A stretch of DNA of 30,388 bases from a bacterium. GTDB lineage: Archaea > Thermoplasmatota > Thermoplasmata > Lutacidiplasmatales > UBA184. The translations under genes were made by a program, and so were the position numbers. The first letter of the stretch is position 1. The number at the start of each line of letters is the position of its first letter. The stretch is taken from assembly GCA_021832495.1 (NCBI GenBank), contig JAKBKR010000001.1:1-30388 (forward strand), written 5' to 3'. Of this stretch, positions 15,609-22,913 are shown in pieces. The notes beneath the pieces were generated by a model. It did no database searches, was not told where the DNA came from, and saw nothing but the letters and a program-made list of their open reading frames with translations.

Positions 15609-16079
15609 CTATTCAAGCGGGACTCGGGCGTCGGTAGAGAACGGACACTTCCGCATTGTGCGGGAGGAGGCCCCTACGGGGATTCGGGAGGCCCGAGATG
15701 TCGGAAACACCCGTTCGATCTGGATGTCTGTGCCGGTCCACCCTCGCCAAGACACCGATAGAAGAAGACCGTCCTTGGAGCACCCTACTTTGAGCCGCCT
15801 TCCGGGATGGCCCACATGGAGAGTCAGAGTATCCAGTATCCGTGAACTTGGTCCGAGACGTTGCGCAGCCGCCCGGTCATCGAGGGAGTACGTCTCGCCC
15901 GCGTACCGCCCGTACGCATAGGCGCGGCGAAGCTCATCCTCATTTGGGATGGGCGAGAGGAACCGAAGACCGCAATCAACAAAATGCAACATTGGCTAAC
16001 GTTCGGAACGGAACTCCCGGGCCGGCTGCACCCTCGTAGACATGCACCAAATACAATGCACCACTCGGTCGCCGCTCAT
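15609..16079 (-). pseudogene. Decayed Zn-ribbon/class I SAM methyltransferase
   Basis: ATG 16079 reads MSGDRVVHCIWCMS...ER*PMLHFVDCGLRFLSPIPNEDELRRAY...RRLKVGCSKDGLL...RGWTG. In-frame TAG at 15998-15996, degenerate motif I, homology lost after GWTGTDI. Confidence 0.7.
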
Positions 16080-16171
16080 GGAAGGCTCTCAGGTCCTACT
16101 GGAACCCTCTGGATTCATACCGTTACCGAGTTCCGGGCTGACCCCCGGCCGGTTCCAGCCAAGGGACAAGA

Positions 16172-17401
16172 CTACCGTGGCTCGCGCAGAAGATTGACCA
16201 GGGCGAGTGCCCGGATGGTCGCCTGGACATCGTGCACCCGGACGATGTCCGCTCCCCGCAGGGTGGCAAAGACCGCCGATCCGAGGGAAGACTCGAGTCG
16301 TTCGGTGACCCCGAGACCCCCGGTGATGTGCCCCAGGAAGGACTTCCGGGATGTCCCCGTGAGGATTGGGAACCCGAGCGCACGGAACTCGGAGAGATGG
16401 TCGAGCAACTCCACGTTCCCTTCCACCGACTTGCCGAAGCCGATGCCGGGGTCGATCACGATCTGCTCCCGCCGGATCCCCGCTCCAAGGGCTCGATCCG
16501 TCTGGGTCTTGAGGAAGCCGTACACCTCGCTGCGGATGTCAGCGTACGAGGTGTCGTTCTGCATCGAGTCAGGTGTTCCCCGCATGTGCATCGCCACAAC
16601 CCCCGCCTCGCTCTCCCGCACCGCCGCGCGCATTCCCTTTCGGCGTAGCCCCTCCACATCGTTCACGATCGAGGCCCCGAGCCCGACCGCTCTCTTCGCC
16701 ACTTCGGGCCTTCGGGTGTCGACCGATATCGGCACCCGGACCTCCTCCGCGAGCGCCTCGATCACAGGAAGGATCCGTTCCATCTCCTTCGCAACAGGCA
16801 CGTAAGTGGCCCCCGGCCGAGTGGACTCCCCGCCAACGTCGATGATGTCCGCACCCTCCCGGGCGAGGGCCCGCCCGTGTTCGATGGCTCGGTCTCTTTT
16901 GAAAAAACGCCCTCCGTCCGAAAAGGAGTCCGGGGTGACGTTCACCACCCCCATGACGAGCACCCGTCCCCCCACGCACATGGGGGCCCGCCCTCGGATC
17001 GCCCAGTTCCGGGTTTCGGTAGTGCCGTGGTACCGGCGAGCATCGGCGACCGCCGCGAGCAACCGTGCGATGGGTAGGGTCAAGTTTCTGGGAACCCGGG
17101 CCTGTCGATCGACCGATGGCATCGTCATGGGTAGTAACAGTTCCTGGAAGCGCTGGCCTTTCCCGACGAGGTCTCGGAAACCGGTGTGAAGGCCCATTGT
17201 TTGCAATGTCTGGAGAAGCTTACGAGCCTCGGATGGCAGAACCGGTCCGTAGCTCAGGAGACAAGAGCGCCCGCTTCCACCCTCGTCGGGCGCTGGAGGT
17301 ACGATCCAGTGCAGGGGCAGAAGGTAGCGTTCCTTATCGGCTGGGGATCGCACTTCGATCACGCGGGCGAAGGGAGAGGATCTCAGGGCGTGGCGCGCCA
17401 C
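16172..17401 (-). CDS. folP: Dihydropteroate synthase with long N-terminal extension
   Basis: VMGVVNVTPDSFSDGG, IDVGGESTRPG, ISVDT, DPGIGFGK, GTSRKSFLG, IVRVHDV. Start uncertain (GTG 17401 or 17362); the 17677 start overlaps two other genes. Confidence 0.92.
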   Translation of the reverse strand: MARHALRSSPFARVIEVRSPADKERYLLPLHWIVPPAPDEGGSGRSCLLSYGPVLPSEARKLLQTLQTMGLHTGFRDLVGKGQRFQELLLPMTMPSVDRQARVPRNLTLPIARLLAAVADARRYHGTTETRNWAIRGRAPMCVGGRVLVMGVVNVTPDSFSDGGRFFKRDRAIEHGRALAREGADIIDVGGESTRPGATYVPVAKEMERILPVIEALAEEVRVPISVDTRRPEVAKRAVGLGASIVNDVEGLRRKGMRAAVRESEAGVVAMHMRGTPDSMQNDTSYADIRSEVYGFLKTQTDRALGAGIRREQIVIDPGIGFGKSVEGNVELLDHLSEFRALGFPILTGTSRKSFLGHITGGLGVTERLESSLGSAVFATLRGADIVRVHDVQATIRALALVNLLREPR

Positions 17402-17604
17402 AACAATCGTCCCTCGGCGTCCGTCCGGAGGGTCCCCTCGGTACCGCGGTGAGGGAGGGAACCCTCCACGATGGCCACGGTGAGATGCCCGTCGGCCGCG
17501 TCCACGAGCGCCAGGCGGTGGGGAGCGGTAAATCCGGCCGGGGGAACCACGAGTTCTGTCGCGGCCCGGATCCGACCCCGGGAAGGCTTGGTAATCTCGA
17601 CCAT
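17383..17604 (-). CDS. DUF35-type OB-fold protein (no Zn-ribbon half)
   Basis: 73 aa, GRIRAATELVVPPAGFTAPHRLALVDAADG matches the DUF35 C-terminal OB pattern; ATG 8 nt after the upstream stop. Confidence 0.7.
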   Translation of the reverse strand: MVEITKPSRGRIRAATELVVPPAGFTAPHRLALVDAADGHLTVAIVEGSLPHRGTEGTLRTDAEGRLLWRATP

Positions 17605-17612
17605 GCTTTTCT

Positions 17613-18377
17613 TCAGGTGATCGGGATCTTGAGGAGGGTAGCGCCCCGCTCGAGCATGGCCACAGGATCCTTTGCAATGGCCTTCGGATCGAGCGATACG
17701 AGCATCGATCCCCGGGAGCTCATGGCTACCTCTCGGGCAACATCGAGGAGTCGGCGGACGTTCTTGGGGCCATTGGCCTCGACAAGGGTCTCGATCGACG
17801 AGAGGACGACCTTGTATCCCTGCCCCTTCCCAAAGTGTTTCTCAATAAGGTATCCGATCTTGTCGAGATCGCCCGGAGGGACCACGTCCTCACCTTCGAC
17901 CCGGGAGATCCGGACGACCTCGGCCTGGCTCAACCCCAGCTCTTGGAGCTGGAAGCTCGAGGCGAAGGCGAGAAGGAGCAATAGCCGGTCGGGGGGCACA
18001 CCGGCGTTCTGGGTCATGAGCAAGAGGTTCTTCTCCTGATTCGTCTCGAGGAAAACGAGCGGTTCGAAGAGCGGCCAGACGGGCAGGGCCGGCGCCGGGG
18101 CGGGCGGGCCTACAGGTCCGGAAGGGACGGGGGGTGGCGGCATGGCAAACACTGGAGCCGCGGGGGGGACAACCGTCGCCGCCGCTCGCTCCCGCCGGAT
18201 CTTGCCGATCAAGTAGCGGGCCGGGAGCCCAATTGCCACGGCAAAGACAATCGAAAGGATCACGATGAGGATGATCATGGTGACCGGGTCCACATAGTTC
18301 AACAGCCACATGAGGAGGCCGAGGACGATCCCGAGAACCACGCCGCTCGAAGCGGGTCCGGATGCGCTCTCCGTCAT
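17613..18377 (-). CDS. Membrane-anchored DUF835 domain protein
   Basis: 2 TM and a Pro-rich linker, then VVRISRVEGEDVVPPGDL, VVLSSIETLVEANG, MLVSLDPKAI, LERG typical of DUF835. Confidence 0.8.
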   Translation of the reverse strand: MTESASGPASSGVVLGIVLGLLMWLLNYVDPVTMIILIVILSIVFAVAIGLPARYLIGKIRRERAAATVVPPAAPVFAMPPPPVPSGPVGPPAPAPALPVWPLFEPLVFLETNQEKNLLLMTQNAGVPPDRLLLLLAFASSFQLQELGLSQAEVVRISRVEGEDVVPPGDLDKIGYLIEKHFGKGQGYKVVLSSIETLVEANGPKNVRRLLDVAREVAMSSRGSMLVSLDPKAIAKDPVAMLERGATLLKIPIT

Positions 18378-19108
18378 GGCTTGTCTGGGCCGGTTCCCGC
18401 CGGCTCCCTCGCTTTCAAGGCCCCTTGCCGTGCCTCACGCAGCTTCCGGCTGTACCGCAGGAAGTCGCGTGTGATATAGTACACTTCCACGAGCGCAACG
18501 AGCAAGAGGATGAGGACGAGGATGGTGAGTGGGTTGTAGGGGGAGATGATCTTCGTCACGAAGGGGATCCCCGGACCGAGTTGGGAATTGTTCGCCGAGT
18601 AGAAGATGATGGACGCATCGTAGACACCGGAAAGTATCAGGCCGTAGTTGGAGAAACCGGTGTTCGTGAGATTCGTGCTCCCCGAGAGGTTGGTCGGGGT
18701 GCAGGGAGGGAGGTTGGACTGAACCCAGGTGAACATCGATAGCCCGTAGAGAAGGAGGTTGAATGCGATCTTGTTGATGTCCACCGGGACGGTGCAGTGC
18801 CAAGAGATCGCGATCGTGGAGAGCCCTACGGTGCTCACGTAGATTGCCGAGTCGGTGTTGTCGTTCAATCCGGTGATCGATTGGTTCGACGGCACGTTGG
18901 TCGCGGCGTTGGCATTGATGAAGTAGAGGCAGACGGAGAAGTCCCCTTGGGCGATCGCATTTGACCCGCATCCCCAGGCGCTCTTCCCTGGGTGAACCGG
19001 GCCGAGAGGGGTAGGCCCTGTATGGGGGACCGTGATGGGGTGGGCGGCGGCGGTGCCGTAGAAAGTGCCTGCCAGAAGCAGGATTGCGAGGCAGGCCAGG
19101 AACCTCAT
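18374..19108 (-). CDS. Secreted/surface protein with signal peptide and C-terminal TM anchor
   Basis: MRFLACLAILLLAG signal, Asn/Ser/Thr-rich beta-type ectodomain with several NxS/T sequons, TM near the C-terminus, basic tail; ATGA overlap with the DUF835 gene. Confidence 0.8.
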   Translation of the reverse strand: MRFLACLAILLLAGTFYGTAAAHPITVPHTGPTPLGPVHPGKSAWGCGSNAIAQGDFSVCLYFINANAATNVPSNQSITGLNDNTDSAIYVSTVGLSTIAISWHCTVPVDINKIAFNLLLYGLSMFTWVQSNLPPCTPTNLSGSTNLTNTGFSNYGLILSGVYDASIIFYSANNSQLGPGIPFVTKIISPYNPLTILVLILLLVALVEVYYITRDFLRYSRKLREARQGALKAREPAGTGPDKP

Positions 19109-19133
19109 CCAGATTGTTCATGGCCTCCCCGCC

Positions 19134-19140
19134 TATAAAA
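19134..19140 (-). promoter_or_regulatory. TATA box of the 19108 gene (leaderless)
   Basis: TTTTATA lies 26 nt upstream of ATG 19108. Confidence 0.65.
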
Positions 19141-19195
19141 CTGACGATGCACCGAATGCTTCCCGAGGGGAGGATAGGTCGGGCCTTACGGCAGT

Positions 19196-20329
19196 TCAAT
19201 CGCCCCGGCGGAGCAAGGTGACGAAATTGTTCGAGCCCATCCCGCCGACGGATTGGGCCAGGCCAAGTCGGCGTTTGCCCGCCTGTACCTTCCCTGCCTC
19301 CCCTTGAAGCTGAAGCACGATCTCGACGATCTGGGCAAGGCCGGAGGCTCCCACCGGATGCCCCCTGCCAAGGATTCCCCCCGATGGATTGACCGTCACG
19401 ATGCCCGTCGGGGCTCCGTTTCCCTTTTGGAGCCAGAGAAGGGCCTCTCCTGGCCCGCACAGGCCCACGTCCTCGAGATCGATGAGCTCGAAGGGAGCGA
19501 ACGCATCGTGGACCTCGGCCAGGTCGACCTCCTTGCGTGTGATCCCGGCCATGGAGTACGCCCGCTGGGCGGCGAGCCGTGTGGCGCGGAACCCGGTCAG
19601 GGTCTCCCGCAGCACCACATCCGGGATGTCGGTCCCCTGTCCTATACCGACCACCGCCACCCTGTCGGTAGCCCGGGTGATCACGGCAGCGCAGGCCCCA
19701 TCGCTTATCGGAGCGACATGGAGGAGCCGGAGAGGGCTCGAGATCATGCGGCTCTCCCGGACCTCGGCCAAGGTGACCGGTTTTTGGAAGTGCGCAAAGG
19801 GGTTGAGCGCAGCCCGCTCCCGATTGGCTACGGTGACGATCCCGACATCCTCGATCGAAAGCGAAAAAGCGTCCAGGTACGCCTGGCTCACCAGGGCCGC
19901 CATCGAGGGCATGGTCGCCCCATGCAGGACCTCCCGCGGGGAAAGCGAGTGGGAAAGGATGGTGGTGACGTCGGTCAAGGGGGCGGCGGTCATCTTCTCC
20001 CCGGCGAGGACGAGGGCGGAGCGGTAGCTGCCCGAAGCCACTGCATGGACTGCGGCATGGAACACGGCCGCGCCAGAGGCCGAGGCGGCATTCACATGGA
20101 ACCCCGGTGCTCCCGTCATCTCGAGGGCCTCGGCGACCTTGGGGACGAGGTTCTCGATACCGGAAAGCGGCCCGGGGGCCATGCAGCCTACGAAGAGGGC
20201 CTCCGGGGGGGTACCCCCCCCCGGGGCACGCTCCAGAGCGTCCTTACCCGCTTGGGTCAAGAGCCCGAGGAGATCCTCTTCCCGCCGCCCGAAGCGGGTC
20301 CGACCGGCCGCGGAAACCCAGACGCTCAT
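19196..20329 (-). CDS. Thiolase-family (SCP2-like/archaeal) protein with atypical active site
   Basis: AGEKM, APISDGACA, EVHDAF, NPSGG...GHPVGASG; the nucleophile position reads NAASASG. Confidence 0.92.
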   Translation of the reverse strand: MSVWVSAAGRTRFGRREEDLLGLLTQAGKDALERAPGGGTPPEALFVGCMAPGPLSGIENLVPKVAEALEMTGAPGFHVNAASASGAAVFHAAVHAVASGSYRSALVLAGEKMTAAPLTDVTTILSHSLSPREVLHGATMPSMAALVSQAYLDAFSLSIEDVGIVTVANRERAALNPFAHFQKPVTLAEVRESRMISSPLRLLHVAPISDGACAAVITRATDRVAVVGIGQGTDIPDVVLRETLTGFRATRLAAQRAYSMAGITRKEVDLAEVHDAFAPFELIDLEDVGLCGPGEALLWLQKGNGAPTGIVTVNPSGGILGRGHPVGASGLAQIVEIVLQLQGEAGKVQAGKRRLGLAQSVGGMGSNNFVTLLRRGD

Positions 20330-20859
20330 GTCGATATCTCGAGCACCATCTGGAGGAAGTCCATGAGGGGTTTCCCGTCCTTCCAGCGCAGCACTTGGTT
20401 CCCCTTGTCGGTCACGTCGATCCCCGGGGTGTTGTTGGCGATGAACCGTGCCACCCCCTTCGTGTCCCCATTCGAGGCGCGGAAGAGCCGCCAGGGGTCC
20501 TCGTCCCGCATTCCCATGAGGCGGTACGCATAGAGCAGGACCTGCCCCGCCCGGAGGGTTTCACGGGTGAGCTGCTCATATTGTTCCCGGTTCCGTCCCC
20601 GCGACGCGGTGAAATGCACCACAGCCTCCCCGGAGCATTTCACCTCGATGGGGAGGGCCACGCCATCCCGGAGCGCCAGGAGGTCGAACCCGTGCGATCC
20701 TGCCGTCCGGACCACGAGGAAGGGGCGTTCCGCCAGCTTGTCGAGAGTGTGCAACGCCTCAAGGGACGAGGCGATCCTTCGGTACCGGCCCAAGAGCTGT
20801 CGATCTCCCCCCATGATCCCCTTGAGCTCCCGCTCGTAGGAGGAGTACCCGGATCCCAT
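20326..20859 (-). CDS. Hjc-like Holliday junction resolvase / PD-(D/E)XK nuclease
   Basis: SYERELK (catalytic E), VVRTAGSHGFDLLAL (D), PIEVK (ExK), YAYR; ATGA overlap with the thiolase gene. Confidence 0.8.
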   Translation of the reverse strand: MGSGYSSYERELKGIMGGDRQLLGRYRRIASSLEALHTLDKLAERPFLVVRTAGSHGFDLLALRDGVALPIEVKCSGEAVVHFTASRGRNREQYEQLTRETLRAGQVLLYAYRLMGMRDEDPWRLFRASNGDTKGVARFIANNTPGIDVTDKGNQVLRWKDGKPLMDFLQMVLEIST

Positions 20860-20880
20860 GCGGGTCCGGAAGGACCCAAC

Positions 20881-20891
20881 AATAGATATAG
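20881..20891. promoter_or_regulatory. Candidate shared TATA element of the nuclease and ATPase genes
   Basis: AATAGATATAG is the AT-rich patch in the 58-nt spacer, about 22-37 nt from both ATG 20859 (-) and ATG 20918 (+). Confidence 0.55.
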
Positions 20892-20917
20892 GCTCGGAAG
20901 ATGCTCCGGGAGTGGCG

Positions 20918-22378
20918 ATGGGGGTGGCGGCGGGGCATGGGCCGGACCTCGAGGTGACCGAGGAGGAGGTCCCGGTGGCCCGCAAGGTACTGGACCTCCT
21001 TCAGAGCTCCCGTCAGCATCAGGAGGCGCGTGGCCAGCGGGGTGGCCGTCCCTCGTTCCGGCTTTCCGAGCTACGGTTGGCACTCCTGAAGGAGAAGGCC
21101 TTCACAGATCCTCTGCGGCTTCTACAGCGCCTGAAGCGGGTCGGGCTCCTCGAGGAGGTCGCATCGACCCGGGAAGACCGGACGTACGTCCCCACGAGTG
21201 AAGAGCATCTCCTCGGGTTCCTCCGCTCGAGCCTCGAGGCGCCCGAGCCGGGATTCGAGGGAACCATGTCCGGGCCCACCAATGAGGCGATCGAGCTAAG
21301 GGAGATGGACACCGAGTACTTCCTCTACCTGAAGGACCTCCTCACCGATCGTCTTCCGGCCGTACTCAAGTTCGCCGAGGAGTTCACGCTCGCATCGCTC
21401 GTGAGCTACACGAAGGAGCTCTTCGGTGAGGAGCTCTTTCTCGACATCCTGATCGGACTCCTGCACCAGTATGCCCTATGCGATGCCCCGCTGATGGCCC
21501 CCACGGGGCGGCCGACGGGAACGAGCGGATTCAACCTCTCCCTGTTCGGACCACCCGGGACGGGGAAGACCTTTGCCATCGACGACATGATCCGGGGCAA
21601 CCCGAAGGCAGGGGTTCCCCCCCACGGGCTTCCCGGACGGAACCGTTACTGCGGCGGGATCACCCCGGTACAGTTCCTCCGAGTGGGTTCTTTCTATCGG
21701 GGTCGCACGTTCAATTTCATCGTGCCGGAGTTCAACGACTGGTTCAAGTACCGCGGCATGGTCGAGCCCTTGAAGCTGGTCATGGAGCAGCGCCCCGTCA
21801 AGTGGGAGACCACGCTTGGCACGATCGGCCCGTACATCTTCGCCTCGTACTTCTCGGTGAATTACAACGTCCGGGTCGAAGGGGGAAGTGACTATTGGAC
21901 CACGATCGCCGACCCGAACTTCGCTGCGCTCGAGGACCGGATGCTCCTCCGGTTCCATCGCATGACCAAGGCCCGGTTCCGGGCCGTGGAAACGAGCGCC
22001 GAGCGTCTGGAGCTCGGGGAGATCGATTTCTCTCGGGCCGGGATGATCCGTGATCATCTCACCCTGGTCCATGCCGTGCAGACGGGCCATCCTCTGGCCC
22101 GGCACTGGAAGAGGAAGGGGGTTGCACTCACGCGCCAACTCTACGGTTCCTTGCGCTCGGTTTCTGAGAAGGCCCTGGAAAGGACGAGTCACCCCCGGTT
22201 CTCCCCGCGCCTAAAGAGCCGGGCGGCCCGGCTGGCGGCCGCCGGAGCCCTGGTCGGGTACTTCGCTCAAGGTTCGGACGATGTCATCCCGGTGGGAAAG
22301 GAAGAGGAAGGGCTGGCCCGGCGCTTCTACGAGGAGGAGATTGCGGCGAGGGAAGGGAAAGGCTCCTGGAGACACTGA
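20918..22378 (+). CDS. Winged-helix + MCM-like AAA+ ATPase, uncharacterised
   Basis: Walker A LFGPPGTGKT, Walker B-like FIVPE, LKLVMEQ + beta-hairpin, sensor I SVNYN, Arg-finger AALEDR, sensor II FSPRLKSRAARLA. Start chosen at ATG 20918; the ORF is open from 20858. Confidence 0.8.
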   Translation: MGVAAGHGPDLEVTEEEVPVARKVLDLLQSSRQHQEARGQRGGRPSFRLSELRLALLKEKAFTDPLRLLQRLKRVGLLEEVASTREDRTYVPTSEEHLLGFLRSSLEAPEPGFEGTMSGPTNEAIELREMDTEYFLYLKDLLTDRLPAVLKFAEEFTLASLVSYTKELFGEELFLDILIGLLHQYALCDAPLMAPTGRPTGTSGFNLSLFGPPGTGKTFAIDDMIRGNPKAGVPPHGLPGRNRYCGGITPVQFLRVGSFYRGRTFNFIVPEFNDWFKYRGMVEPLKLVMEQRPVKWETTLGTIGPYIFASYFSVNYNVRVEGGSDYWTTIADPNFAALEDRMLLRFHRMTKARFRAVETSAERLELGEIDFSRAGMIRDHLTLVHAVQTGHPLARHWKRKGVALTRQLYGSLRSVSEKALERTSHPRFSPRLKSRAARLAAAGALVGYFAQGSDDVIPVGKEEEGLARRFYEEEIAAREGKGSWRH

Positions 22379-22400
22379 GCCGAAGCGAACGCTGCGACGC

Positions 22401-22811
22401 ATGGCCCCCTCTTCCGGGGACTACGAGCTCGCGGCGCCGGAGATCATCGAGGCGCTCGCCCTACGGGCGTTGTATTCCTCCGGTGGCTCCATCGAGACCC
22501 AGCGGAAGCTCCACGCCGAGCTGGTCGAGCAACTGCGCGGCGAGGAGAAGCGCCTGCGCGTCAGCGAGGAGCGCATGCGTTCGGTGCTCCTCACGTCGAA
22601 ACGGATCGCGGTCGATGTGCGGTATGCCTCGCGACCGGTGTCCGCGCCCTTGCGTTCCTGTCCGGTCTGTCACCGACCGATCCGGGAGATCTACAACGAA
22701 ACGTTGGACGGGGGCCGGGTGATCGCCGGGTACAAGTGCAGCCGCTGTCCGTTCTGGACGCCCATCCGCCGACGGGTCCCGGCCCGGTACACCTTCCGGG
22801 CCACGCGCTGA
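22401..22811 (+). CDS. Helical/wHTH-like domain + Zn-ribbon protein
   Basis: 136 aa; IETQRKLHAEL...EERMR helical N-terminus, CPVC...YKCSRCPFWT...VPARYTF; 22 nt after the ATPase stop. Confidence 0.8.
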   Translation: MAPSSGDYELAAPEIIEALALRALYSSGGSIETQRKLHAELVEQLRGEEKRLRVSEERMRSVLLTSKRIAVDVRYASRPVSAPLRSCPVCHRPIREIYNETLDGGRVIAGYKCSRCPFWTPIRRRVPARYTFRATR

Positions 22812-22866
22812 TCCCGCTCCGGGGCTTCACCGATGGCAACATGGGCCTTCCGGTGAAAGGTGATAC

Positions 22867-22874
22867 TTTAAGTA
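22867..22874 (+). promoter_or_regulatory. TATA box of the GT2 gene
   Basis: TTTAAGTA with purine-rich upstream sequence, about 40 nt before ATG 22914. Confidence 0.55.
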
Positions 22875-22913
22875 GGAACATCTTCTCAGACGTACCCCGA
22901 TATACCTGCACAG

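Noticed and set aside
15996-15998. In-frame TAG as a pyrrolysine readthrough codon
   Set aside because: The same ORF has other decay (lost Cys, motif I D->K, loss of homology downstream). TAG is an ordinary stop for several genes here (521, 4476, 15480), and no pyl genes are in view.
16172-17677. 501-aa FolP fusion as given in the ORF track
   Set aside because: The extra N-terminal part overlaps the DUF835 3' end and the DUF35 OB gene in another frame and reads as GC-rich junk.
20918-22378. Calling the ATPase the replicative MCM helicase
   Set aside because: Too short, lacks the N-terminal OB/Zn domains and the canonical IDEFDKM and SRFD motifs.
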